Below, piece after piece: positions 51,066 to 60,606 of a DNA stretch of 64,000 bases (its first letter is position 1; each line of letters begins with the position of its first letter). Origin of the DNA: an uncultured Gammaproteobacteria bacterium (GTDB lineage Bacteria; Patescibacteriota; Patescibacteriia; UBA11705). A model generated the notes under the pieces. It searched no databases, was not told where the DNA came from, and was given only the letters and a program-made list of their open reading frames with translations. A program made the position numbers and the translations under genes. The stretch spans positions 5,689 to 69,688 of the forward strand of contig CAZQEI010000005.1 in assembly GCA_964592195.1 (NCBI GenBank). The letters run 5' to 3'.

Positions 51066-51881
51066 TTATTTGATTAAATAAATAACGCCTACGATTATTA
51101 ATGCCAAGACTATTCTATACCAAGCAAATACTGACAAAGAATTCTTTTGTAAAAACTTTAAAAACCCTTTAATCACCAAATATCCCAACCAGAACGTTAA
51201 AACAATACTAAACAATAAAATAAACATCTCTCTATTATTCAATAACATCAAATTAACTTCAAATAACTGTTTAACGCCGGCTAATAGAACTACAGGAATA
51301 CTTAATAAGAATGAAAATCGAGCCGCCTCCTCGCGCTTCAAATTTATCGCCATACCTGCTACAATAGTAGCACCGGAACGGGAAACGCCAGGAATTAACG
51401 CCAATGCTTGCGCCAAACCGATCAAACAAGCTTCTGGAATGGATAAACTTTCGTAGATAATTCGTCGTTTGGAGTATCTCTCCACAATTAAAATTACCAC
51501 GCCACCGACGAACAACGCAATGGCCACTGTCCACAGGTTACGAAAATATTTCTCAATCCAATTTTCCGCCAACAAACCGACAATGACGGCTGGAATAGTT
51601 CCCAGGATAATATTCACCACAGTGCGCTGATCATCATGGGTAAAGTTAACACCTTTGCGCATAGACCAGAAGGCTTTCCAATAGCGACTTATATCCTGAC
51701 GAAAATATACTATTAACGCCAAAGCCGTCCCCAAATGCAAGGCGGTGTCAAAAGCCAAGTTGTCTAAAATTTCAAAACTAACGAATTGATGTAATAAAAC
51801 CAAATGTCCAGAACTTGATATCGGCCAGAACTCAGTTAGAGCTTGAACAATGGAAAAAATTAGAGCTTGAAATAGTTGCAT
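51066..51881 (-). CDS. uppP: undecaprenyl-diphosphatase
   Basis: TEFWPISSSGHL signature and an 8-TM layout. Confidence 0.85.
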   Translation of the reverse strand: MQLFQALIFSIVQALTEFWPISSSGHLVLLHQFVSFEILDNLAFDTALHLGTALALIVYFRQDISRYWKAFWSMRKGVNFTHDDQRTVVNIILGTIPAVIVGLLAENWIEKYFRNLWTVAIALFVGGVVILIVERYSKRRIIYESLSIPEACLIGLAQALALIPGVSRSGATIVAGMAINLKREEAARFSFLLSIPVVLLAGVKQLFEVNLMLLNNREMFILLFSIVLTFWLGYLVIKGFLKFLQKNSLSVFAWYRIVLALIIVGVIYLIK

Positions 51882-51996
51882 ATGCAGTCATTGATCATTG
51901 AACAATGAACATTGATCAACGAAATATTTAAATAATTTATTACTCTTTTCACTTATCTCGCTTATCTCGCTTTCTTGCTTATAAGCTAAAAACTAT

Positions 51997-52425
51997 ATGT
52001 ATCACTTAATCATCATCCCGATCGCAGCGGCGATCATTGCTCAGCTCATTAAACTTATCATTGACGCCAAGAATAAACAATTTTCATGGACAGATTTGAA
52101 TGGTTATGGCGGTATGCCATCTTCTCACACGGCCATGGTGACCAGTTTAGTCGCCAGTATTGGTTACTTTGACGGCATCACAACTTCGGCTTTTGCTGTC
52201 AGTTTAGTTTTAGCCGTTTTAATCATTCGCGACGCGGCTGGATATAGACGACAAATAGGACTGCATGCTAAAATCTTGAATAAACATTTGGAACAATTAC
52301 CAGCTGAACAAAACTTTCAATTTCCTCATTTGCGCGAACGGCTTGGGCATACACCACTAGAAGTGCTCGGCGGGTTAACGGTGGGACTGGTGGTAACGGC
52401 GGTGTATATTATTTTATTTATATAG
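51997..52425 (+). CDS. divergent PAP2 family (DUF212) membrane protein
   Basis: GGMPSSHTAMV and a later HTPLEV. This is one of only two plus-strand features in the window. Confidence 0.65.
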   Translation: MYHLIIIPIAAAIIAQLIKLIIDAKNKQFSWTDLNGYGGMPSSHTAMVTSLVASIGYFDGITTSAFAVSLVLAVLIIRDAAGYRRQIGLHAKILNKHLEQLPAEQNFQFPHLRERLGHTPLEVLGGLTVGLVVTAVYIILFI

Positions 52426-52565
52426 CTACCAATGACAAATCAGCTACGAATCTACGTATTCGATAAACATTTCTAGATTATTCTATTTGTAATTTCGTAG
52501 CAAATACGTTATTCGTAGACTATTACATTCGTAGTTACGTAGCAAATACGTTATTCGTAGCTAAC
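52425..52565. repeat. Composite GTAG-rich intergenic repeat family R2, copy iv
   Basis: ctaccaatgacaaatcagctacgaatctacgtattcg ... two copies of ttcgtagcaaatacgttattcgtag. Confidence 0.6.
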
Positions 52566-52573
52566 TCTTGCAG

Positions 52574-53473
52574 TTACTTTTGACACACAGAACAATAGCT
52601 CGTCCCCCTTTGCGCCACCTTCATCTTTTGAATGGTGGCTTTTTTGCATTTCAAACATTTCAAACCAGCGCGGCCATAAACCTTGAGGAAACGAACAAAG
52701 TTTCCTTTTTCTCCGCGCGCATCCACGTAAGTATTGAATGACGTGCCTCGTTCTTCGATCGCTTTTTTCAAAATTTTAACTATAGCAATATATAACTTTT
52801 TTCTTTCTGCTAATTTTAAACTTTTCACCTTACGATCAGGCATCACTCCAGCCGCAAAGCAACTTTCATCTGCGTAAATATTGCCGATGCCGGCAATTAA
52901 TTCTTGCATCAATAAAACTTTTTTAATTTCCAAATTCGGTTTGCGTTTAAGAATCGAGTTAAAAACTTCCAAAGTAAATTCCGGCACAATCGGCTCCATT
53001 CCAAAACGCAATTTTTCTTTCGTCACTGTTGCTTCATCAGCTAACCGCAAATAACCAAACTTCCGCATATCATTGTAATACAATTTTCCCGCTGAACCGA
53101 AATCTAACAATACTTTATTAAATCGGTCTGGTGTTTGTCGCGATTGACCAATAGGGTGGCCGCCGGTGATAATTTTTCCCCTCGGCGGCACAAACACAAA
53201 TTGACCAGTCATTTTCATATGGGCCAAAACTTTCATTGATTTATCTCCGCCAAAGGCGGATCCGCCTCCGGCGGAGAAATCGAATATTAGCATTTTACCA
53301 ACACGTTCAACGCGATGAAATTTCGCGCCTTGCAAAAACTTAATAAATTTCTCTTTAGTCGGAGAAATTCTTTTTTTAAAATCATCTTTAATTTCAACCT
53401 GCAAAACCTTTTTGCCTTTCAAATACTTTTCCAAATCTCGGCGCACGGTTTCGACTTCGGGTAGTTCGGGCAT
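52574..53473 (-). CDS. mutM: formamidopyrimidine-DNA glycosylase
   Basis: N-terminal MPELPEVETVRR (catalytic Pro2/Glu3) and a C-terminal zinc finger CLKC...CSVCQ. It contains an in-frame GC-palindrome insertion at 53245-53285. Confidence 0.9.
   Translation of the reverse strand: MPELPEVETVRRDLEKYLKGKKVLQVEIKDDFKKRISPTKEKFIKFLQGAKFHRVERVGKMLIFDFSAGGGSAFGGDKSMKVLAHMKMTGQFVFVPPRGKIITGGHPIGQSRQTPDRFNKVLLDFGSAGKLYYNDMRKFGYLRLADEATVTKEKLRFGMEPIVPEFTLEVFNSILKRKPNLEIKKVLLMQELIAGIGNIYADESCFAAGVMPDRKVKSLKLAERKKLYIAIVKILKKAIEERGTSFNTYVDARGEKGNFVRFLKVYGRAGLKCLKCKKATIQKMKVAQRGTSYCSVCQK
53245..53285. repeat. GC-rich palindromic repeat ctccgccaaaggcggatccgcctccggcggag embedded in-frame in mutM
   Basis: It encodes SAGGGSAFGGD. 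The same ggcggatccgcc...ttggcggag element is intergenic at 5158-5190 and 9765-9810. Confidence 0.55.
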
Positions 53474-53594
53474 ACATTATTTAAATTCCAAATATTAAAA
53501 TTCCAAATTCCAAAGTTGGTGTTTTTTATCCGTAATATCAGCCCCAAAGGGGCCCCTTCGGGGTAAAATCGGTAATCAATCGGTATATCCGTAA

Positions 53595-54470
53595 CTACCA
53601 AACAATCAACATTCCTCCCACAATAATTAACGCTATTGCCATAACACGTTTCACCATTGTAGTCCGAGACATCGGTTCTTTGAAAAACTTCGAATGGAAG
53701 AAACTTAACAGTAAGATTAACAAGAAAACTAACAGGGGCTTGGTTGCCAGAATGGCACTCGGTAATGTTACCACACCGGTTGAAATAGCGGCCATGAAGC
53801 TTAACAGGGCGCCGGCTGAAATTAAGGCAGACAAGACAATGTGCCACACCCCGGCCTTGGCTTTTTCAATCAAATGCGGATGATGAAATATTATCATTAA
53901 TACAGGAATAATCAAACCACCTACACCAAACCAAAACATACTGGTATAAAAGTCAACTTCAGAGGTAATAAAGCGCATGAACAAATTTCTCAAAGCAAAA
54001 AATATCATTGCCCCAAAAGCCAACAGATGTCCAAAACCGATTTTCTTGCCATGCTTTTCATGTACCACCAAATACGCTCCCAAAACAATTATCCCGATCC
54101 CCAAATAACGTAGCCAGCTCAAAGATTCATTGAAAAACAGACAAGCTAATAACGCAATCACCAATGGCTCAGTCGCTAAGATAACTGTAAAGGATGAAAG
54201 TTTTTCAACCCGCGATGCTTGATAATCCAACCATACCGCACCGGAATAAATTATACCGGCAATTAATGCCGCAAACAATACCGGTAACGATACTGACAAA
54301 TCAGCGTGCATGATTGAAGATAAACAAATAAAAATCAAACATGCGACGACACAAAAGATTGTCATTGCCAGACGAGGATCTCGCATTTCTTTTTTAATTA
54401 CGTGAACATCAATGATCTCCACGATTGACCAGCCAAAGACGGCAATCAAAGTGAAAATTAACCACAACAT
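53595..54470 (-). CDS. EamA/DMT-family transporter
   Basis: A 291 aa, about 10-TM protein with duplicated EamA-like halves. Confidence 0.6.
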   Translation of the reverse strand: MLWLIFTLIAVFGWSIVEIIDVHVIKKEMRDPRLAMTIFCVVACLIFICLSSIMHADLSVSLPVLFAALIAGIIYSGAVWLDYQASRVEKLSSFTVILATEPLVIALLACLFFNESLSWLRYLGIGIIVLGAYLVVHEKHGKKIGFGHLLAFGAMIFFALRNLFMRFITSEVDFYTSMFWFGVGGLIIPVLMIIFHHPHLIEKAKAGVWHIVLSALISAGALLSFMAAISTGVVTLPSAILATKPLLVFLLILLLSFFHSKFFKEPMSRTTMVKRVMAIALIIVGGMLIVW

Positions 54471-54474
54471 ATAA

Positions 54475-54993
54475 TTATTCCACGGTTATTTGATTAGTTT
54501 TCGGGTTAACATACACAAACAATCGAATATCAGATTTTTTTCTAGATTGAAAATTCGCCACTGCAGTAGTTTCCGTGACTTCACAATCTTGACCGAAACA
54601 AACTCCTTGAGAATAGTGCTTTGACAAGAAGCTGGGAGTATAGTTCAAAGTAAAATTCCAATCAGGCGAAATGGAGATATCTACTGGTCCGATTTGCTCG
54701 CCTTCATCACAAAGAAAATCACCGTTCAAATCTGCGCATACTGTGGCAGTTCTATTTGATTCATTATAATAAACTCCAAAGGAAAACGGCACCCTCCCGT
54801 TCACCTTCTCGGAAGCTTCAGCTTTTTGCTTAGCAAGATTTAACAACGAGACATATTCATCTGCCGCTTGGCGAACTGCATAGCGCTCAGCCACCTTTTG
54901 CCAAGTTAAAAACGTCATAGCGCCAACTAATATTACCAAAACAACGACTAACAATACGTCGATTGAATAAAACTTTTTTAGATATTTTTTCAT
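54475..54993 (-). CDS. hypothetical exported/membrane-anchored protein (172 aa)
   Basis: An N-terminal TM/signal anchor and a Cys-containing extracytoplasmic region. Confidence 0.3.
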   Translation of the reverse strand: MKKYLKKFYSIDVLLVVVLVILVGAMTFLTWQKVAERYAVRQAADEYVSLLNLAKQKAEASEKVNGRVPFSFGVYYNESNRTATVCADLNGDFLCDEGEQIGPVDISISPDWNFTLNYTPSFLSKHYSQGVCFGQDCEVTETTAVANFQSRKKSDIRLFVYVNPKTNQITVE

Positions 54994-54997
54994 ATTT

Positions 54998-55951
54998 TTA
55001 TTTTTTAAAAGCTATCGTAAAACGAAAACCAGTATGATCATTTCTTGTATTATCTCGAACAACATTAATATTTCCAGCGCCTTCTCGACCACCAACCACA
55101 AGATTTTGCCAAGTATTTAAACCTAAAGTCGAGGTTCTTTCTTCCCCAAGAGTTTGCGTTAAGGCTGGATAAACTTCACACAATTGTCGGAACAATAATG
55201 CTGGCGTTAATATCACATCAAAATCTCGATATTTTAATTTTTTTTCATTCCAGTCATTACAAATCATTTCTTTAATTTTTGCTAATATTATATTCACCTC
55301 ATCAATACATAATTTAAACCGCCCATATCTAGAAGCCGTTGGTGGTAACCCATCACACCAGGTTATTATTGACTCGACTATATCTAGGTTTTTCGAAAGA
55401 CCTTCTTGTGAACCATAATGTTTTTCTTGAAATGTGGTAACCGAGGGTTTTTGAATACTCTCCGTAACAAATAAATCATATTTTTGTGCCAGTTGTTCAG
55501 CTTCTTTTTTCATTATCTCAAAAAACACCTCTGATCCAATTCTATTGCCATCTAATCCAGTCTGTTTCATGCTGGTGCTTCGATAATTCACCAAGCCTTT
55601 CTTTGAATCTTCTTCAGTTTGTTCTACTGGATACATTTTATTAAACCATTCTGCGGTTAATTCTTCGGGATGTATTGGTTCTGAGATAAACGGCTTATTT
55701 TCACCAAAAAATATATCTTCAATCGCTTTTATCTGTTTACCATATTTCATTTCCTTTGGAGAAGAATCTTCAACCGTTTCACCAAATGCCTGGACAAAGC
55801 GCAAAGCTTCCAAGACCTGTTCTGGTTTAGGATTTTTGCCTTGAGACTTTATTCTTTTTGCCAAGTCAAACAAACCCTCGTTGATTTTAATTTGATCATT
55901 GGATTGGGAGGGTGTGAGGTTAGCGGTTAATTTTTCAACGTTATTTAGCAT
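54998..55951 (-). CDS. N-module family protein B1 (type-B C-terminal domain)
   Basis: VEKLTANLTPSQSNDQIKINEGLFDLAKRIKSQGKNPKPEQVLEALRFV, then IKAIEDIFFGENKPF, WFNKMYP, VILTPALLFRQL, REGAGN and a C-terminal GFRFTIAFKK. Confidence 0.55.
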   Translation of the reverse strand: MLNNVEKLTANLTPSQSNDQIKINEGLFDLAKRIKSQGKNPKPEQVLEALRFVQAFGETVEDSSPKEMKYGKQIKAIEDIFFGENKPFISEPIHPEELTAEWFNKMYPVEQTEEDSKKGLVNYRSTSMKQTGLDGNRIGSEVFFEIMKKEAEQLAQKYDLFVTESIQKPSVTTFQEKHYGSQEGLSKNLDIVESIITWCDGLPPTASRYGRFKLCIDEVNIILAKIKEMICNDWNEKKLKYRDFDVILTPALLFRQLCEVYPALTQTLGEERTSTLGLNTWQNLVVGGREGAGNINVVRDNTRNDHTGFRFTIAFKK

Positions 55952-55956
55952 GATAA

Positions 55957-57204
55957 TTAAATTTCACGATTTTTTGTAAAATCTCTTTTTCGATCCTCAA
56001 GCTCATTAATTAAATGCTCCATTTCATAAAATTTAGTATTTGCTGAAATTACAGAACCTAACATCGTGTTCATTCTTGCTGTATGCGCTAATCTTTTCCT
56101 CATCGTTATTAAAATTTTATCAATTTGAATTACTGCATCTTTAATAAAGTCATGCGCTTCTTTCTCTTTATAAAAAACTATTGACAATCTAAAAAACTCA
56201 GCGTGTTTATCATCCATAGTTTTATACCACACTGACCCAGCACCGCCATTCTCCTGATCTTTATCTTCTTCGTAACCAATAAAGCCTCCAATAGTCAAAT
56301 AAGCCTTTTCGTTTTCGATCTTGGTGGAAGTCAAAATTCTATAAATTGATTGCGACAATTCCGGTTTATCCTCCATAATTTGCCTGGTAATTACAGCCGG
56401 CGTGCACATCACGCGAAATGGTGGTATTTTCAAGCCTTGCTCTTTCCACTTTTTTATTAATTCATCTTCTATCTTTTGCACTAATGTCAACCTAACATCA
56501 TCTACACCTAAAAAATATCTGGTTTTATTTTCTCCAAATGCTTCATTAATATAATCATTGATCGGATCAATCACTAATCCACGACGTTTATCATCCTGTT
56601 CAATTGGCATTGCTAATTCCGAATACACCATTTCCCAATCCGACATTTCCGTCACTTCATTTTTCATGGCACGAACAAAGTCATCCATGAAAGTTTTAAC
56701 TAAACAATCTTTGGGTTTATAATTTTTCTTCAACTTCTTTTTAAACCACTCAATCACAGCATATTCTTTTCTTGCAACACTAAGATCAATATTGCAAATA
56801 TGTGGTCGAAAATTCAATCTCCCAGCTTTAACATCTTCATCGCGTTGATGATCTTTATCCACATTGGGAAACATTTTTTCAAACCAAGCATCGTTAATCT
56901 CTTCCGGCTTGGGTGGTAAACAAACGTATGGTTCATCAATGCCGAAAAATTGATCTTGAATCGCCTCAATATATGTTCTAAATTTTTCTTTTGGATCAGC
57001 TTCCTTAGTCAAACTATAAGATTGCTCCACTAACCGCAAAGCTTCCTTTATTCGTTCACTATCCCGAGCACCGCCTTCTTCTCGAATCCTCTTCGCCAAC
57101 GCTCGCATATCTTCATCAACCCGAACCCGCTCCACGGCTTGCGCTGGAGTTTGATTAGCTGTGAGTTTTTCAATATGATTTGGCATTGTAATTATTGCTC
57201 CCAA
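55957..57204 (-). CDS. N-module family protein B2 (type-B)
   Basis: IEKLTANQTPAQAVERVRVDEDMRALAKRIREEGGARDSERIKEALRLVEQ, then WFEKMFP, VMCTPAVITRQI, ENGGAGS and FFRLSIVFYKEK, plus an extra C-terminal tail. Confidence 0.55.
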   Translation of the reverse strand: MGAIITMPNHIEKLTANQTPAQAVERVRVDEDMRALAKRIREEGGARDSERIKEALRLVEQSYSLTKEADPKEKFRTYIEAIQDQFFGIDEPYVCLPPKPEEINDAWFEKMFPNVDKDHQRDEDVKAGRLNFRPHICNIDLSVARKEYAVIEWFKKKLKKNYKPKDCLVKTFMDDFVRAMKNEVTEMSDWEMVYSELAMPIEQDDKRRGLVIDPINDYINEAFGENKTRYFLGVDDVRLTLVQKIEDELIKKWKEQGLKIPPFRVMCTPAVITRQIMEDKPELSQSIYRILTSTKIENEKAYLTIGGFIGYEEDKDQENGGAGSVWYKTMDDKHAEFFRLSIVFYKEKEAHDFIKDAVIQIDKILITMRKRLAHTARMNTMLGSVISANTKFYEMEHLINELEDRKRDFTKNREI

Positions 57205-58352
57205 CTTTTATTTCTATTTTTTGTAATATCTCTAATAGCTTTCCCCCTTAAAATCATATTTTCTAAATTCAAGTATTTCAAATATTGAGGATTTTGATAC
57301 ATATTTGAAATTGATGACAATTTTTTATCATGTTTTTCATGTTTCTTTTTAATTTCATCTATTTGTTTCTCTTCCTCAATTGAAAGTGGTCTATCTTTAT
57401 AAAAAACAATTGAAAGTCTAAACATAGTAAACTGGGGGGCATCCTTAACATTCAAAGTTCCAATTGCCCCAGCCCCGCCAAGATCAACCCCACCAGTAGT
57501 TAACCATTTTGTTGTCTCTTTACCAGACTCATCGAGTAAAGGTGTTTCGCTCAGAACACTAAAATCCAATTTAGACATATTGGGATTTTGTTCCATAAAC
57601 TGCCTAGAAACAGATACTGGAGTTAATAAAACTTGAAAAGCAGGAATTTTAAAACCCGACTTCTTAAATTTTTTCACAATATTATCTTCCATACTTCGCA
57701 AAAGACCATAAAGTTGGATTAATAATCCACCCTTTGCTGCTCTTGCAATTGAAAAAACATTATCGTCAATTTTAATATCCGCATTTGAAATCAAAAGTCT
57801 GCTTGTAAAAACAGATTCACTCTCTTTCAAAAATTCCGCTTCAGCTTTTATCGATCGAAAATATGCTCCCATTACCGAATGTTCTTCAGAAACAGATTTA
57901 CTAGACCTATCAAGTCTAGATAGAAGCTTACTCACTATTCCAAACTTAGCTCGTTTATTTTCCGATGGTGGTCGAAAGCAAATTCTTCCCGCCGTAAGAT
58001 CCTCAGGTCGTTGGTGGTCATTATCCACATCAGGATACATCTTTTCAAACCATTCATCAGTTAAATCTTCAGGTTTTGGAGGAATAGAGAAAAAAGGCTC
58101 CTTATTTCCAAATAATTCTTCCTGAATAACTTCAACATATGGTAAATACTTTTCTCTTGGATCTTCTTCCCTAGTTAAACTATAAGATTGCTCCACTAAC
58201 CGCAAAGCTTCCTTTATTCGTTCACTATCCCGCGCACCGCCTTCTTCTCGAATCCTCTTCGCCAACTCTCTCAAATTTTCATCAATCTGAATCCGCTCCA
58301 CGGCTTTTTCTGGAGACAAATTAGCGGTTAAATTTTCAGCGTGATTTTTCAT
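57192..58352 (-). CDS. N-module family protein B3 (type-B)
   Basis: Its N-module is nearly identical to B2 (ENLTANLSPEKAVERIQIDENLRELAKRIREEGGARDSERIKEALRLVEQSYSLTREEDPREKY). VLLTPVSVSRQF, LGGAGA and FRLSIVFYKDR. Confidence 0.55.
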   Translation of the reverse strand: MKNHAENLTANLSPEKAVERIQIDENLRELAKRIREEGGARDSERIKEALRLVEQSYSLTREEDPREKYLPYVEVIQEELFGNKEPFFSIPPKPEDLTDEWFEKMYPDVDNDHQRPEDLTAGRICFRPPSENKRAKFGIVSKLLSRLDRSSKSVSEEHSVMGAYFRSIKAEAEFLKESESVFTSRLLISNADIKIDDNVFSIARAAKGGLLIQLYGLLRSMEDNIVKKFKKSGFKIPAFQVLLTPVSVSRQFMEQNPNMSKLDFSVLSETPLLDESGKETTKWLTTGGVDLGGAGAIGTLNVKDAPQFTMFRLSIVFYKDRPLSIEEEKQIDEIKKKHEKHDKKLSSISNMYQNPQYLKYLNLENMILRGKAIRDITKNRNKSWEQ

Positions 58353-58366
58353 GTATAAAATTCAAA

Positions 58367-59344
58367 TCAATTCTTGTAAAATATTACAGAGATCCTAAAA
58401 CCAGCGCCTGAAGTGCCCTTATCCATAGTGTCAATATTACCAGCACCACCATTAGGGGTACCGACTACCAAGCATCTTTCAGTTTTATTCCCATCTTTAT
58501 CCAATAAATCTGTAGACGTTGTTTCCCAGAAGCTTGATTTTGTCATCTCTAGATTTTCCCCCATAATTTGTCGTTGAATAATTGCTGGAGTGCAAATTAC
58601 ATCAAACTTCGGAACTTCCAAAAGATTTTCAAGCCACGCTTTTCTTATTTTGGACTTTAACATTCTTAGTAACCTATTATCAATTGTTTCTCGAGAAAGC
58701 ATTGATCGATGGGTAGCGCGAAAATTAGTACAATCTTTAATAAAAGGAACTAAAACATCAGCGTTGCTTGATCCTTGATGATCATGGTCTGGGTCATTTA
58801 ATCCATAATGTTGCAATACACCGGATTTTTTTATTAACGGTTTACCAATTGTTTCAGTCAAAACCAATTCACAGTTGTTCATTTGTCGAGCTTGCGTGCG
58901 GATTGAACGAGCAAAGACACTAAACCAAGTTTCCCCTGGGAATGACTGGCAAATTTCTTCAGCAGGATCAAAAAAATACCTAGGTCTAAAATTTGTAACT
59001 TTACTTTTTGGATCTTGTTCTATCGGATACATTTTTTCAAACCAAGCATCAGTCATTTCATCCACATGAAAAGGAATGGAAACAAAGGGTTTATTTTCAC
59101 CAAACAACAATGGTTCAATAGCCTCAATATGCTTACGATATTTTTCACGAGGATCCGCCTCCACCAATGTTTTTTCATATTCCCCCACCAATCGCAAAGC
59201 CTCCACTACTTGCGCAGGAGTGGCTTTCTTGCCTTGAGCTTTTACTCGACCAGCCAAATCCATCAAACCTTCGTTAACAGTAACTTGATCAATGGCGCGG
59301 GCGGGCGTGGGACTAGCGGTTAATTTTTCAAAAGATGATTTCAT
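58367..59344 (-). CDS. N-module family protein B4 (type-B)
   Basis: FEKLTASPTPARAIDQVTVNEGLMDLAGRVKAQGKKATPAQVVEALRLVGEYE, then VICTPAIIQRQI, NGGAGN and GFRISVIFYKN. Confidence 0.55.
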   Translation of the reverse strand: MKSSFEKLTASPTPARAIDQVTVNEGLMDLAGRVKAQGKKATPAQVVEALRLVGEYEKTLVEADPREKYRKHIEAIEPLLFGENKPFVSIPFHVDEMTDAWFEKMYPIEQDPKSKVTNFRPRYFFDPAEEICQSFPGETWFSVFARSIRTQARQMNNCELVLTETIGKPLIKKSGVLQHYGLNDPDHDHQGSSNADVLVPFIKDCTNFRATHRSMLSRETIDNRLLRMLKSKIRKAWLENLLEVPKFDVICTPAIIQRQIMGENLEMTKSSFWETTSTDLLDKDGNKTERCLVVGTPNGGAGNIDTMDKGTSGAGFRISVIFYKN

Positions 59345-59655
59345 TTAATAAGTTTATGAAATTTATTTTTTAATTTCCCTTTTTTACCAACGAATAATTT
59401 GTCTACTTCTGCAATCATTTCACCTAGACCAGCGTTTAATTCCTTTATGACTTTATCAAATAATTCAGCGTCGATAATTTTCGTAGTATCTTCATATTGC
59501 CCGACTAATTTCAAAGCCTCTGAAACTTGTTCTGGCGTCGCCTTTTTACCTTGTAACTTAACTCGCCTAGCCAACTCCATTAACTTCTCGTTTACATCTA
59601 CTTGATTAACAGCTTTTTCTGGAGTCACATTGGCAGTCAATTTTTCTTGACTCAT
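59341..59655 (-). CDS. N-module-only family member B5 (104 aa, truncated)
   Basis: MSQEKLTANVTPEKAVNQVDVNEKLMELARRVKLQGKKATPEQVSEALKLVGQYEDT with no C-terminal domain. Confidence 0.5.
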   Translation of the reverse strand: MSQEKLTANVTPEKAVNQVDVNEKLMELARRVKLQGKKATPEQVSEALKLVGQYEDTTKIIDAELFDKVIKELNAGLGEMIAEVDKLFVGKKGKLKNKFHKLIK

Positions 59656-60461
59656 ATTATTAATACCAATCGCAGAAATTCAATTATTTGTTGATTAAAT
59701 AAAACAAAAATCATTGTGGCCGGACAGAGGAAAACGGCCATAGGCAACGCACCGCCGAACTGTTTCCATTTTATCGCTAACAAAACAATGGCCACAATTG
59801 CTCCAACAATATACGCGACAAAAATTGTAAACACCAAACCTGTCCACCCGACCATTATGCCTATCAACGCACCCAATAACATATCACCATCCCCCACCCA
59901 TCTACCTTTGGAAATCGCATATTGAAAATAATAGAACAGAAAACCGACACCACCAGCCGCGAGCATGTTGGCGACTTGAAACCAGGTAAATCCAGTAACC
60001 ATCAAATTTAAAAAGAAAGCAATCGGTAGCATGATGTAGATCAAACTATCAATAATCGCAAACTCTTTCCAATCAATGACCATTATTACCAACAACACAG
60101 AAACAAAAAGAAAATCTTTAACCAACGATAAATAATCAAAACCAATAACTAGTTGTTCCCAGTGAAGTAATAAAATAATTTCAAACAAAATCGCAGTGAC
60201 TATTTCAACAATTGGATATTGCCAAGAAATTTTCGCTTTACAATGACGGCACAATCCTTTCAACCAAACAAAACTTAGAACCGGAATCAATTCAAAGAAA
60301 CCCAAAACATTTTGACATTTGGGACAATGCGATCGCGCGCGCTTCCAAATCGATTCGCCTTTGGGTAAGCGGCAAATTAAAACGTTTAAAAAACTGCCGA
60401 TTGCGAGTCCTAATATTATAGTGGCTATTGACGCTAAAATAATCATAAAAATATATTTCAA
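59652..60461 (-). CDS. pilD: prepilin peptidase (A24 family, type IV pilin leader peptidase/N-methyltransferase-like)
   Basis: N-terminal CxxC...CxxC (CPKCQ...CRHCK) and the catalytic Asp region GRWVGDGDMLLGALIG, with an about 8-TM layout. Confidence 0.8.
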   Translation of the reverse strand: MKYIFMIILASIATIILGLAIGSFLNVLICRLPKGESIWKRARSHCPKCQNVLGFFELIPVLSFVWLKGLCRHCKAKISWQYPIVEIVTAILFEIILLLHWEQLVIGFDYLSLVKDFLFVSVLLVIMVIDWKEFAIIDSLIYIMLPIAFFLNLMVTGFTWFQVANMLAAGGVGFLFYYFQYAISKGRWVGDGDMLLGALIGIMVGWTGLVFTIFVAYIVGAIVAIVLLAIKWKQFGGALPMAVFLCPATMIFVLFNQQIIEFLRLVLII

Positions 60462-60606
60462 ATCTTGGAGATTGGTATTTGATTATTGGGATTTGGGATT
60501 TCCGCTTGGAGAATTATTTTCCCCACACTAAAGCAGTCCAACCCCAGATCCCCGCTCGTAGGCGGGGATGACGGAGTGTGTGGGCAATTGACCTTCACTT
60601 CAAGAA

